A stretch of 64,000 nucleotides of DNA from Solirubrobacterales bacterium (GCA_036564135.1 DATCLC010000069.1:1529-65528); one strand, 5' to 3'. Counted from the stretch's first letter, positions 28,425 to 38,101 are shown. The notes: generated by a model from the sequence alone, not told the origin. Made by a program: numbers and translations.

Positions 28425-29975
28425 TCAGCTCGCGAGCGCGCGCGGGGGCGTCGTGGTGGAGCGGCCGAGCTCCCCGGCGAGCATCGCCGCGAGCTCGGCG
28501 GCCTGCTGGCGGATCTCCGGGATCGCCGTGGTCTCCCACAGGCGCCCCTTGCGCAACGGGCCGATCGCGAACAGGTGCGAGGAGACACGCCCGTCGGCGC
28601 CCACCAGGGCGCCCAGCGGGTCGTGGTCCAAGCCGAGCCCGATCGGCCCCGGGCGCGCCAGGCCGCGCGCGAACAAATCGTCCAGCAGCGGCTCGCCGGC
28701 CGCGCGCAAATCGAGCGTCGGCCCCGTGCAGTTGACGACGCGGTCGAAGCGCCGCGTCTCGGGCTCCGCCGCGTCCGCCGGCAGGAGCTCGACCTCGATC
28801 CCGTCGTCGCGCACGCGCAACGCGACGCACCCCGCCGCCTCGATCTCGAGCCGGCCGTCGCCACGCAGCCGGTCGAGCAGAGCCGCGACCTCGGGTGCCA
28901 TCCGGTGGCGGTGGACGTCCCACCGCCGCGCGTACCGCTCGACGAAGCGGCGCCGGTCGGCCTCGGAGAGGCGCGTCCACAGCTCGTTCGTGACCGGCCG
29001 CAGCGAGTCGATGACGGCGCGCCAGTCACCACCCTTGCGCACCTCGGCCTCCGCCTCGGCCTCCACGCGCCGGACGATGTCGTAGAGCTTCGGGCGCAGC
29101 GGGATCGGCCTGAACGTTCGTGCCGGCCGCAGCGGCTGGGTGCTGTGGCGGCGCGGGAGCAGCCCGCTGCGCGAGACGGCCACCATCCGCGCGTCCGGAC
29201 ACCTCTCCCCGAGTGCGAGCGCGACGTCGACCATCGTGAGCCCGGTGCCGATCAGCAGGATCGAGCGGTCGCCGGCGGCGCGCTTCCCGACCCCCTCGTC
29301 CCAGGGGTCCGGCTCGTAGCGGTCGCTCGCCAGGACCTGGTCATCGGCGCCCGGGGGCGCGGCAGGGGCGAGGTTCCCGATGGCGAGCACGGCCCGGTCG
29401 GCGGTGACCTCGCCACCCGACGCGAGCTCGATTACGACCGGGCGCGCGCCCGCCTCGCTGCGCCCCGCCACGCTGATCCCGACCGCGGCGTCCCGCACGA
29501 CCTCGAGCGAACATCGCCGCTCGGCGCTGCGCCGGGCCTCGGCCAGCACATCGGCGAGGTACTCGCCGAACAGGCCGCGCGGCGCAAACTCGCGCCCCGC
29601 CAGGGCGATCCCGCGCGCGGCGGCCCAGCGCACGAAATGGCGCTGGTCGTCGGGCCAGACGCCCATCTCCGCCGCGGGGACATTCAGGCGATGCTCCGGG
29701 TGCGTGGTGGAGTAGGCCACGCCGCGGGCGAGCTCGTGGCGGCGCTCGATGACCACGATGCGCATCCCGGCCGCGTGGCGGCGTCGTAGGAGGTTCGCGG
29801 CGACCAGCGCGCCGCTCGCGCCGCCGCCGATGATCGCGACGGTCGGCGTCCGCCGATCGACCGGGTCCCCTGCCCGCGCCGGACGCGCGCCCAGCGGAGC
29901 CGGGCTCGCGTCCTGCGCGCCTGTCTGTCCGCGGGCGGCCTCAGCCGCCCGCGGACAGTCACCGCCCCCGTTCAC
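28425..29975 (-). CDS. FAD/NAD(P)-binding oxidoreductase-like protein
   Basis: 516 aa. Dinucleotide fold VAIIGGGASGALVAANLL and a second ILLIGTGLTMVD. GTGA overlap with the SBP stop. Confidence 0.75.
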   Translation of the reverse strand: MNGGGDCPRAAEAARGQTGAQDASPAPLGARPARAGDPVDRRTPTVAIIGGGASGALVAANLLRRRHAAGMRIVVIERRHELARGVAYSTTHPEHRLNVPAAEMGVWPDDQRHFVRWAAARGIALAGREFAPRGLFGEYLADVLAEARRSAERRCSLEVVRDAAVGISVAGRSEAGARPVVIELASGGEVTADRAVLAIGNLAPAAPPGADDQVLASDRYEPDPWDEGVGKRAAGDRSILLIGTGLTMVDVALALGERCPDARMVAVSRSGLLPRRHSTQPLRPARTFRPIPLRPKLYDIVRRVEAEAEAEVRKGGDWRAVIDSLRPVTNELWTRLSEADRRRFVERYARRWDVHRHRMAPEVAALLDRLRGDGRLEIEAAGCVALRVRDDGIEVELLPADAAEPETRRFDRVVNCTGPTLDLRAAGEPLLDDLFARGLARPGPIGLGLDHDPLGALVGADGRVSSHLFAIGPLRKGRLWETTAIPEIRQQAAELAAMLAGELGRSTTTPPRALAS

Positions 29976-31120
29976 CCGCCGCGGCGGGGCTGCGCCTCGA
30001 TGGCGGGCTGGTCGCCGCCGCCGGAGGCATCGCGCACCTCCTGGGCGATCGACCCGTACACCGCCCCCTCGGGCAGCTCCGCCGACGAGATCGCGTCGAT
30101 CTGATGGAGGAAGGTCGCCGAGTTCGCGATCAGCTCCTCGGCCTCAGGCGTGATCGCGAACGGCAGCTGGAGCCGGATGCCGTCCCGGTCGCCGCCGAGG
30201 GCCGCCGGCCACCTCCCGAAAAGGGCGTCGAAGAGGTCCGCCTCGGTGAACCCCTCGGTCTGCTCGAAGGCGGCCGAGACGATCGCGTCGGCGTTCGCGG
30301 GGTCGGCCAGGTAGGCCTGCGCCTCAAGCTCCGCCTCGAGCCACGCCCGCGCGATATCCGGGCGCTCGTCGATGAGCTCCTTCGACATGAGCAGGAACGC
30401 GGCGTCCGGCTCGCCCGGGAGCACGCCGCTGGCGACCCGGCGCGCGAGTCCCTCGTTCACGAGGCGCGCCGCCGTCGGCTCCCAGATGACCGCGGCGTCG
30501 ATGCGGCCGCTCTCGAAGTTCGACGTGATGACGTCGATGCTCTGGTTCAGGTACTTGGCCGGCTCGATGCCGAGCTTCTCGAACGTCCCCTGCGCGATCC
30601 GGTCTGCGCAGCTTCCGTGCGGCGTGGCGACGGTCTTGCCGTCGAGCCACTCGAGCGCCTCCTCCTGCGAGTCGAACTCGGGAGCGTCGTTGCGCACGAG
30701 GAAGACGCCGCACTGCTCGCCGGAGGACATGCCGAGCACGGCGACGATCCGCAGGTCGCGGGTCTCGCGCTTGCTGGCCGCGACGATCGCGGGCATGTCG
30801 CCGACGTAGCCGATCTGCTGCTTGCCGGCGAGCATCTGGCTGGTGATGATCGAGCCCTGCAGGCCGACCTGGAAGTTGACCTCGGACCCCTCGGGGAGGT
30901 GCTCGCGCCAGAACTCCTGGTCACGCATGACGAGCCCGGACCAGGCCTCCGTGTAGTAGGGCTGGTAGCCAACGGTGAGCGTCACCGGCTCGCCGTCGGA
31001 CCCCAGGTCAGCCGAGGCCGTGTCGTCCTCGAAGGGCCCGCAGCCGACCATGAAGGCGAGCGCCGCGAGGCCGGCGCCGAGCACCGCCGCGGCGGAAGTT
31101 CGTCTGCGCTTTGCACTCAT
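29972..31120 (-). CDS. ABC transporter substrate-binding lipoprotein, NMT1/THI5-SsuA-like (NitT/TauT family)
   Basis: 382 aa. Lipobox LAALAFMVGCG. General family resemblance. Confidence 0.75.
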   Translation of the reverse strand: MSAKRRRTSAAAVLGAGLAALAFMVGCGPFEDDTASADLGSDGEPVTLTVGYQPYYTEAWSGLVMRDQEFWREHLPEGSEVNFQVGLQGSIITSQMLAGKQQIGYVGDMPAIVAASKRETRDLRIVAVLGMSSGEQCGVFLVRNDAPEFDSQEEALEWLDGKTVATPHGSCADRIAQGTFEKLGIEPAKYLNQSIDVITSNFESGRIDAAVIWEPTAARLVNEGLARRVASGVLPGEPDAAFLLMSKELIDERPDIARAWLEAELEAQAYLADPANADAIVSAAFEQTEGFTEADLFDALFGRWPAALGGDRDGIRLQLPFAITPEAEELIANSATFLHQIDAISSAELPEGAVYGSIAQEVRDASGGGDQPAIEAQPRRGG

Positions 31121-31123
31121 TTA

Positions 31124-31984
31124 CTACTGACTCCTTGTTGTCGTGGTTAGGGGCGCGGCCCCGTTGCCGCGCGAGACGTCGTCGGCCGGCGCCGCCGCCT
31201 GGGCGGCGAACGACCGCATCACCTCGTCGGTGAGCAGCTCGATCACGTGCCGCTTGAGCTCCTGGCAGCGCTCGTCGGTGAGCACCGCCTCGTGCGTGCG
31301 CGGGCGCGGTAGATCGACCTCGAGCTGCTCGCGCACGCGCGTCGGGCGGTTGGACATGACGAGCACGCGATCGGCGAGCAGGAGCGCCTCGTCGATGTCG
31401 GTGGTCACGAGCAGCGTCGTCTGCCGGCGCTCGCCGAGGAGCTCGGCCGTGTACTCCTGCATGAGCTCGCGCGTCATCGCGTCGAGCCCGCGGAACGGCT
31501 CGTCCAAGATCAGGAGGGCCGGGTCGTTGAGCAGCGCCCGGGCGAGCTCCGCGCGCCGCTGCATCCCGCCCGAGAGCTGGCTCGGGTAGCGGTCCGCGAA
31601 GGCCCTGAGCCCGACCCGTTCGAGCAGCTTTTGTGCGCGCTCGCGCCTCCTTTTGTCTCGGCGGCGCGCACCCGGTGCGAAGACGACGTTCTCGAGCGTC
31701 GTCAGCCACGGCATCAGCGCCGTCTCCTGGAAGAGGATCTGGCGCTCGGGCGAGGGCCCCGAGACCTCCCGGCCGTCGAGCCGCACGCGCCCCGAACTCG
31801 CGCGCTCGAACCCGGCGAGCACCGCGCCGATCGTGCTCTTGCCGCAGCCCGAGGGCCCGATCATCGCGGTCACGGCGCCCGCCGGCAGCACGAACGAGCA
31901 GTCGCGGACCACGAGCTTCTCGGATGGCCCTTCGCCGAGCCGGACCGACACGCGCTCCACGCGGGTCTCGCCGCGCGCGGTCAC
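31124..31984 (-). CDS. ABC transporter ATP-binding protein (copy 1)
   Basis: ORF-track entry 31124..32728 trimmed to GTG 31984 (GTGA overlap). GPSGCGKST, LSGGMQRRAELARAL, LLILDEPFRGLD. Confidence 0.85.
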   Translation of the reverse strand: MTARGETRVERVSVRLGEGPSEKLVVRDCSFVLPAGAVTAMIGPSGCGKSTIGAVLAGFERASSGRVRLDGREVSGPSPERQILFQETALMPWLTTLENVVFAPGARRRDKRRRERAQKLLERVGLRAFADRYPSQLSGGMQRRAELARALLNDPALLILDEPFRGLDAMTRELMQEYTAELLGERRQTTLLVTTDIDEALLLADRVLVMSNRPTRVREQLEVDLPRPRTHEAVLTDERCQELKRHVIELLTDEVMRSFAAQAAAPADDVSRGNGAAPLTTTTRSQ

Positions 31985-32784
31985 GCCGCCCGCCTCCAGG
32001 GCATCAGGCGGGCACCCAGCGCCCGCACCATCGTGCTCGACAAGTACCCCGCGACCCCGAGGCTGATCATCCCCACGACGATCCGCGGGAGATCGCCGCC
32101 CTGGTAGGAGTTCCAGACGAGAAAGCCGAGGCCGCCGTCGCCGCTCGTGTTGCCGCCGCCGGAGATCAGCTCCGCGGCCACGACCACCTCCCAGGTGATC
32201 CCCATGCCGACCGCGGCCCCCGTGACCATCGCGGGCAGCGTCGACGGCAGGAGCACCCTCGCGAACGTACCCACCCGGCCGAGGCCCAGCGTGCGCGAGA
32301 TCAGCACCAGGCGGCGGTCGATCTGGGCGGCGCCGTCGACGATGTTGAGGACGATCGGGAAGAAGGCGCCGAGGAAGGTGACGAAGGTGATCGAGAGCTC
32401 CTGCGTCGGCCAGAAGATGATCGCCAGCGGCACCCAGGCGAGCGGCGGGATCGGCCGCAGCGTCTCGAAGATCGGGAAGAAGAGCCCCCGGAAGGTGCGG
32501 ATGGTGACGATCAGCAGCGCGAGCGGGACGCCGATCGCGATCGCGAACGCAAACCCCCACAGCACGCGCTGCAGGCTGAGCGCCCAGCTGTTCCAGTAGC
32601 CGGCCTCGCCGATCAACTCCGCGAGGTCGCCCACGACCGCGTGCGGCGGCGGGACCTTGTCGAGGAACGGGACCGCGACCCCAATCCACTCGCCGAGCTG
32701 GGAGCCGACCTCCCAGAACGCGAGCCACGCGAGGACCCCGAGGATCCCGCGGCGCACGATCGTGCGGCGCGCCTTCGCGTTCAT
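31981..32784 (-). CDS. ABC transporter permease (copy 1)
   Basis: Trimmed to ATG 32784 (ATGA overlap). Polytopic, BPD-transporter type. Confidence 0.8.
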   Translation of the reverse strand: MNAKARRTIVRRGILGVLAWLAFWEVGSQLGEWIGVAVPFLDKVPPPHAVVGDLAELIGEAGYWNSWALSLQRVLWGFAFAIAIGVPLALLIVTIRTFRGLFFPIFETLRPIPPLAWVPLAIIFWPTQELSITFVTFLGAFFPIVLNIVDGAAQIDRRLVLISRTLGLGRVGTFARVLLPSTLPAMVTGAAVGMGITWEVVVAAELISGGGNTSGDGGLGFLVWNSYQGGDLPRIVVGMISLGVAGYLSSTMVRALGARLMPWRRAA

Positions 32785-33638
32785 GCGAGCTCCCTCTCCC
32801 CCGCCTCGAACGCGCGGCGGGCCTCGTCGCGCACGAGCTCCGACACCTGACCGACCAGCTCGCGAAAGCACGGCGACGTGAGCACGCCGACCTCGCGCGG
32901 GCGCGGGATGTCGACGTCGATGGTGGCCTGGACGCGGCCGGGGCGCGTGCTCATCACCGAGACGCGCGACCCGAGGAAGACGGCCTCCTCGATGTCGTGG
33001 GTGATGAAGAAGACCGTCACCCGCGAGCGGTCATACAGCTCGAGCAGCCCCTGCTGCATGACCGACTTGGTGATCGAGTCCATGCCGCGGAAGGGCTCGT
33101 CCAAAAGCAAAACGCGCGGCTCGTTGACCAGCGCGCGCACGATCTCGACCCGGCGCGCGACGCCGCTCGAGAGCTCGCCCGGGTACAGGTCCTCGTAGCC
33201 GACGAGGCCCGCGGCGGCGAGCTGGTCGCGGGCACGCTCGCGCGCCTCGTCGCGCGTCATCCGCCCCTGCACGACCGGGCCGTAGGTGACGTTGTCGAGG
33301 ACCGTCATCCAGGGGAACAACGTCGAGTGCTGGAAGACGACCACCCGGTCACCCCCCGGCCGCGCCTGCGGGACGCCGGGGCCACAGAGCAGTTCGCCGT
33401 CGAGGCGGATCTCGCCCTCGGTGATCGGGTGGAAGCCGGCGATCGCGCCCAGCAACGTCGTCTTGCCGCACCCGGACGGCCCGACGATCACGCGGAACTC
33501 ACCCGGCGCGATCTCGAACGAGCAGCGCTCGAGCGCGACGACCCTGCCCTTGCCCTCGCCGTAGGACTTGCCGACCTCGCGGATGCTGATCGCCCCCGCG
33601 TTGACGCCCGGCGGGGCCTGCGCGACGACCGCGCTCAT
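32781..33638 (-). CDS. ABC transporter ATP-binding protein (copy 2)
   Basis: GPSGCGKTT, LSSGVARRVEIVRAL, VLLLDEPFRGMD. ATGA overlap with the upstream permease. Confidence 0.85.
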   Translation of the reverse strand: MSAVVAQAPPGVNAGAISIREVGKSYGEGKGRVVALERCSFEIAPGEFRVIVGPSGCGKTTLLGAIAGFHPITEGEIRLDGELLCGPGVPQARPGGDRVVVFQHSTLFPWMTVLDNVTYGPVVQGRMTRDEARERARDQLAAAGLVGYEDLYPGELSSGVARRVEIVRALVNEPRVLLLDEPFRGMDSITKSVMQQGLLELYDRSRVTVFFITHDIEEAVFLGSRVSVMSTRPGRVQATIDVDIPRPREVGVLTSPCFRELVGQVSELVRDEARRAFEAGERELA

Positions 33639-34570
33639 CGGCCGCCCCCTCGGGTCCGGTAGGCCATCAGCCGGTTGCCGACCGCCCGGACCGCCGCGCT
33701 CGAGAGGAAGCCGACGATGCCGAGGGTGATCATCGCGATCACGATCGTCGGGTAGCGCGTCGTCGTGTACGAGCTGTTGATCAGGTAGCCGAGCCCGTGC
33801 TGGCCCGCGATCATCTCGCCGGCGACCAGCGAGAACCAGGAGACGCCGACGGCCACCTGCAGGCCGGTGAAGATGTACGGCAGCGCGCCCGGGACGATGA
33901 CCGTGCGGAAGACCCGCCAGGGCGGCGCGCCTAGGCAGCGCGCCGCCCGCACCAGGTTCTCGTCGATCGATTGGACCCCGAGCAGTGCGTTCAGGGTCGT
34001 GGCGAAGAAAGCCGCGAGAAAGGTCAGGAAGACGACCGGCGCCTCATCGGTCTGGAACATCAGGATCGCGAGCGGCACCCAGGCGAGGATCGGGATCGGG
34101 CGCAGGAGCTCGAGGACCGGGAACGAGTAGTGGCGGAAGCGCGCCGACGCCCCCATCGCGAGACCGAGCGGGACACCGAGCGCGAGCGCGAAGCAGAACG
34201 CGATCGCGACCCGCCGCAGGCTCATCCAGATGTCCGTGTAGTAGGAGGAGGTGAAGATCGACGTGCCGTAGGCGGGGTCACGGCTCGTCCACTCGCGGAT
34301 GACCTCCGTCGGCCCCGGCAGCGCTCGGAAGCGCGGCAGCTCGAAGACGTCGACGGCCAGGTACCAGAAGCCGAGGACGAGCGCGAAGCCGAGCACCATC
34401 AGCGGCGCCTGTGGGCTCAGGATCCACCGGCGCAGGCGCCAGCGCAGCTCGCGGCCGCGCGTCCACTCGGTCTCCGCGACGTCGCGCGCGGGCGCGCTCC
34501 GCCCGGCGGGCGCGATGTCGCGCAGCCCGTGGCCGGGGGCGACGGTCGCCTCGCTGGGAGGCGCCGTCAT
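33635..34570 (-). CDS. ABC transporter permease (copy 2)
   Basis: 311 aa, polytopic BPD-transporter type. First gene of the minus-strand operon. Confidence 0.8.
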   Translation of the reverse strand: MTAPPSEATVAPGHGLRDIAPAGRSAPARDVAETEWTRGRELRWRLRRWILSPQAPLMVLGFALVLGFWYLAVDVFELPRFRALPGPTEVIREWTSRDPAYGTSIFTSSYYTDIWMSLRRVAIAFCFALALGVPLGLAMGASARFRHYSFPVLELLRPIPILAWVPLAILMFQTDEAPVVFLTFLAAFFATTLNALLGVQSIDENLVRAARCLGAPPWRVFRTVIVPGALPYIFTGLQVAVGVSWFSLVAGEMIAGQHGLGYLINSSYTTTRYPTIVIAMITLGIVGFLSSAAVRAVGNRLMAYRTRGGGR

Positions 34571-34796
34571 CGCGGCGCCTCCCAGGAGGCGATCGGGAGG
34601 AGGAGGTGCCCCGCTGGGGCTCTGCTGGTGCTGGGAGAAGTCATCTGTTCGTTCCTGGGAAGAGGCGATTCGGGTTGCTGTCCCGACCCCGCTGCCCCCC
34701 GCTCCGGAGGCGCCCGGGTCGTGAGCGGCGTGAACCCTACCAAATCGATAGGCTTGCTAGGAAAGCAGCTCACGAAACACGACGAAACGAGGAGCG

Positions 34797-35930
34797 ATGG
34801 CAACCGCACCAGCTGAAGCGACCGCACAGGGCAACGGCGCGGCCCCTCCGGCCCGCGAGTTGATCGACACGGACGTCCACGAGCGCGCCCTGCTCGAGGA
34901 CCTCCTCCCCTACCTCGAGCCCCAATGGCAGCGCTACATCACCCACTACGGCTGGGTTCCCGACCGGGCGCTGCCCTACAGCCAGCCGACCGCCGGTGGG
35001 CTGGACCGCGCCGACGCGAAGCCCGGCGACGGGCGCCCCGGCGGGTCCGACCTGGGACTGCTGCAGCGCCAACTACTCGATGAGTTCGGCGTCACGCACG
35101 CGATCCTCACCGGCTGGCTCAACGCCTCTTCGATGCAGGAGGGCTGGGTCGAGTTCAAGACGGCGCTGATGAGCGCCTACAACGACTGGCTCGTCGAGCA
35201 CTGGCTCGAGCGCGACGAGCGCCTGTACGGCTCGGTGCAGGTCAACTCGTGGGACGCGGAGGCCGCGGCGCGCGAGATCGAGCGCCTCGCCGAGCACCCG
35301 CGGATCGTCCAGGTGATGCTCTACAGCGGGTATGAGGCGTTCGGCGCCCCGCGCTACCACCCGATCTTCGAGGCGGCCGAGCGCCACGGCCTGGTGGTGG
35401 GGATCCACCACAGCGAGAACTCCCCCACCGCGCTCGGGCGGCACCGCTACTTCGCCGAGTGGCACACGCTCGTGCCGCAGGTCTTCATGTCGCAGACGGT
35501 GAGTCTGATCTTCAACGGCGTCTTCGACCGCTACCCCGACCTGCGCGTGATCATGATCGAGGGCGGCTTCTCCTACGTGCCGCACCTCATGTGGCACGCC
35601 GACCAGCAGTACAAGGAGCTGCGCCACGAGGTCCCGTGGGTGAAGCGCCTGCCGAGCCGGATCATCCGCGAGCAGGTCCGCTTCGCGACCCAGCCGATCG
35701 AGGAGTTCACCGCCGCACAGCTCGAGACGCTGATCGGCCAGATGGAGTCCGACGAACTCGTCTGCTTCTCAAGCGACTACCCGCACTGGGATTTCGACTC
35801 GCCGGAGGAGTCGCTGCCCGCGGGCCTCAACCAGGACCTGGCGCGCAAGATCTTCTCCGAGAACGCGCGCGCGATCTACCGGCGGCTCCCGGCGCCCGAG
35901 GCGGCGCGCGTCGAGGGGGTGGCCGCGTGA
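34797..35930 (+). CDS. amidohydrolase-2 family protein (ACMSD-like metal-dependent hydrolase/decarboxylase)
   Basis: 377 aa. IDTDVHE near the N-terminus and CFSSDYPHWDFDSPEE near the C-terminus, typical of the family. Confidence 0.8.
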   Translation: MATAPAEATAQGNGAAPPARELIDTDVHERALLEDLLPYLEPQWQRYITHYGWVPDRALPYSQPTAGGLDRADAKPGDGRPGGSDLGLLQRQLLDEFGVTHAILTGWLNASSMQEGWVEFKTALMSAYNDWLVEHWLERDERLYGSVQVNSWDAEAAAREIERLAEHPRIVQVMLYSGYEAFGAPRYHPIFEAAERHGLVVGIHHSENSPTALGRHRYFAEWHTLVPQVFMSQTVSLIFNGVFDRYPDLRVIMIEGGFSYVPHLMWHADQQYKELRHEVPWVKRLPSRIIREQVRFATQPIEEFTAAQLETLIGQMESDELVCFSSDYPHWDFDSPEESLPAGLNQDLARKIFSENARAIYRRLPAPEAARVEGVAA

Positions 35931-36349
35931 CCGCTGGGAATGGGGGCGGCGCCGGGCCCACCGTGGACGTGGGCCCGGCTGCCGAGCTTGAACCCGGGCA
36001 GATGGTCCCCGCGCAACTGGGCGACCTGCCGGTGGTGGTGATCCGCGACGGCGAGGGCGAGCTGCACGCCTACGTCGATCGCTGCCTGCACCAGGGCGCG
36101 CGGCTCTCGGACGGCCGGATGGTGCCGTGCGTCGACGGCGCGGTGGTCGGCGACTACCGCGAGGTCGAGGGCCCCGCGCTCAAGTGCCCCTGGCACGGCT
36201 ACGAGTACGACGTCAAGACCGGCTGCGTCTCGTTCGACCCACGCCGCCGGCTGCGCAAGGTCGCCGTCGCCGAGACCGACGGCCGCATCGTGATCGCGCG
36301 CCGCAAGGAAGACCTCCCCGCGGCCGCGCCGACCGGCGCCGCGGGCTAG
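35927..36349 (+). CDS. Rieske [2Fe-2S] domain protein
   Basis: GTGA overlap with the amidohydrolase stop. Cluster ligand motifs CLHQG and CPWHGYEY. ORF-track entry 35459..36349 trimmed. Confidence 0.8.
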   Translation: MTAGNGGGAGPTVDVGPAAELEPGQMVPAQLGDLPVVVIRDGEGELHAYVDRCLHQGARLSDGRMVPCVDGAVVGDYREVEGPALKCPWHGYEYDVKTGCVSFDPRRRLRKVAVAETDGRIVIARRKEDLPAAAPTGAAG

Positions 36350-36365
36350 GGGGTCCGCGCACCAC

Positions 36366-36405
36366 AGGGGCGCCGGCGCCGGGGCGGGTTTGCGCCGGCG
36401 CCCCT
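36366..36405 (+). terminator. perfect 14-bp GC hairpin after the Rieske gene
   Basis: AGGGGCGCCGGCGC ... GCGCCGGCGCCCCT. No T-tract. Confidence 0.5.
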
Positions 36406-36480
36406 CCGCGGACGCACGTCGTTAACCTCGGCTGCACCACCTCTGCTGGAGGGGTCCGCCCTCCCCACCAACGGCGGATC

Positions 36481-36497
36481 CGCTCCCACTACGGATG
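36481..36497. promoter_or_regulatory. 17-nt element copy a
   Basis: TCCGCTC CCA CTACGGA. A TACAAT -10-like hexamer lies at 36519-36524, and the mini-ORF ATG is at 36554. Confidence 0.55.
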
Positions 36498-36553
36498 GCG
36501 GAACGCCGTCCGCGAATACAATCGGTCGTGTTCGCAGAAGGGAGGTGTCAGCG

Positions 36554-36667
36554 ATGTCAGCTGTAGTTGCCAGCACCGATCAGACGCAGGTGCAGACGAG
36601 CGACTGGTACGCGCATCCTGGCGTCGAGGGCTCAGCGAGCAGGTCGCCGCAGGAGGGCGGCCGGTGA
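36554..36667 (+). CDS. 37-aa mini-ORF preceding the Zn-ribbon gene
   Basis: AAGGGAGGTG SD 7 nt upstream. MSAVVASTDQTQVQTSDWYAHPGVEGSASRSPQEGGR. GC3 is higher in this frame than in the alternative long frame. Its TGA overlaps the GTG of the next ORF (GTGA 36664-36667). Confidence 0.4.
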   Translation: MSAVVASTDQTQVQTSDWYAHPGVEGSASRSPQEGGR

Positions 36668-36888
36668 TCTCGCGGGTCTATTGCCCGCACTGCGCGAGGG
36701 CGACGGTCGCGGTGCGCGGAGTCCCCATCGCGGACCAATGCCCGCGGTGCCGGACGCCGCTCTTCGGATCCGAGCCCTCCCCGCCGCTGGATCTCCACAA
36801 GATCGAGACCCGGGTCCGCGAGCGGCTCTACCCGACGAGGCGCGGCCCGCGCACTGGGACCCGTTCGCGCTCCTTGGCGCGGCGCTGA
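36664..36888 (+). CDS. Zn-ribbon mini-protein (paralogue 1)
   Basis: 74 aa. AGGAGGG SD upstream. CPHC-x17-CPRC: VISRVYCPHCARATVAVRGVPIADQCPRCRTPLF. Basic tail. Confidence 0.4.
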   Translation: MISRVYCPHCARATVAVRGVPIADQCPRCRTPLFGSEPSPPLDLHKIETRVRERLYPTRRGPRTGTRSRSLARR

Positions 36889-36899
36889 GCGCGACCGCC

Positions 36900-36916
36900 T
36901 CCGTGGCGACTACGCA
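36900..36916. promoter_or_regulatory. 17-nt element copy g
   Basis: Plus strand reads TCCGTGG CGA CTACGCA. TAGCGT lies 45 nt downstream, and the ADH ATG lies 83 nt downstream. Confidence 0.5.
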
Positions 36917-36999
36917 GGCGGCTGCGCGGGCAGCCCGGTGGTGAGCCCGCGCTCGGCCACCTAGCGTCGAGGCGGGAAAAACAAGCCAAGGAGGCAGCG

Positions 37000-38052
37000 A
37001 TGCCGGAGACGATGAAGGCGTTCCGATTGATCGAGTGGGAACGCCCCCCTGAGCTCGTCGAGGTGCCGGTTCCCGATCCCGGCCCGGGGGAGGTAGTGCT
37101 CAAGGTCGGCGGCGCGGGTGCCTGCCACTCCGATCTGCACATCATGGAGTGGCCCGAGGGCCAGATGCCTTGGAAGACGCCCTTCACCCTCGGCCACGAG
37201 AACGCAGGCTGGGTCGCCAAGGTCGGCGCCGGGGTCGAGGGGTTCGCGGAAGGTGACGCCGTGATCGTGTACGGGCCGTGGGGCTGCGGCCAGTGCCGCG
37301 CCTGCCGGCTCTCCGAGGAGAACTACTGCGAGCGGCAGGATGAGATCGGGAGTCTCGGCGGCGGGCTCGGACTCGACGGCGGCATGGCCGAGTACATGCT
37401 TGTGCCCTCCCCCCGCCTGCTCGTCCCGCTAGGCGACCTCGACCCACGCGACGCCGCGCCGCTCACCGACGCGGCGCTCACTCCGTACCACGCGATCAAG
37501 CGATCGCTGCACCTGCTCGTGCCGGGCTCGACGGCCGTCGTGATCGGCGTCGGGGGGCTCGGTCATTTGGCCGTGCAGATCCTGAAGGCGCTTTCCGGTG
37601 CGCGCATCGTGGCGGTGGACCTGGCAGCTGACAAGCGCGAGCTCGCGCGCGAGGCCGGCGCGGACGAAGCGTTCGAACCCGGCGACGAGGCGATCGAGGC
37701 CGTCCGCGAGCTCACCGGCGGCCGAGGGGCCGAGCTGGTGCTCGACATGGTCGGTGCCGGCCAGACGATCGCGCTCGCGCAGCAGGTCGCCCGGGTGAAG
37801 GGCGACCTCACGCTGGTCGGGCTCGGCGGGGGGTCGCTCGAGTACGGCTGGTTCACCATGCCGTACGAGTGCGAGGTGGCCTCCACGTACTGGGGCAGCG
37901 GGATCGAGCTGATGGAGGTCCTCGACCTCGCGCGCTCCGGGGCGATCCGCGTGGAGCAGGAGCGCGCCTCCCTCGACGACGCCGCGGAAACCTACGAGCG
38001 CCTGAGCCGCGGCGAGATCCGCGGGCGCGCGGTGGTCTGCCCGAACGGCTGA
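37000..38052 (+). CDS. zinc-dependent NAD(P) alcohol dehydrogenase
   Basis: GACHSDLH, GHENAGWV, structural-Zn motif GCGQCRACRLSEENYC, Rossmann VIGVGGLGHLAVQ. Confidence 0.9.
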   Translation: MPETMKAFRLIEWERPPELVEVPVPDPGPGEVVLKVGGAGACHSDLHIMEWPEGQMPWKTPFTLGHENAGWVAKVGAGVEGFAEGDAVIVYGPWGCGQCRACRLSEENYCERQDEIGSLGGGLGLDGGMAEYMLVPSPRLLVPLGDLDPRDAAPLTDAALTPYHAIKRSLHLLVPGSTAVVIGVGGLGHLAVQILKALSGARIVAVDLAADKRELAREAGADEAFEPGDEAIEAVRELTGGRGAELVLDMVGAGQTIALAQQVARVKGDLTLVGLGGGSLEYGWFTMPYECEVASTYWGSGIELMEVLDLARSGAIRVEQERASLDDAAETYERLSRGEIRGRAVVCPNG

Positions 38053-38101
38053 GACCCCGGGAGGCGGCGCACTTCATCCCCGCCCACACACACCCGCCGA
38101 G

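Noticed and set aside
34567-34644. 25-codon upstream ORF (MTSPSTSRAPAGHLLLPIASWEAPR) whose TGA overlaps the ATG of the first permease gene.
   Set aside because: The only support is the ATGA overlap. The SD is weak (AGGAA), there is no recognisable peptide feature, and I cannot assess conservation.
34571-34796. A TPP (or other) riboswitch upstream of the NMT1/THI5-like ABC operon.
   Set aside because: I read the minus-strand leader and could not find the conserved CTGAGA / ACCTGATCTGGATAATGCCAGCG-type TPP core, or any other riboswitch core that I recognise.
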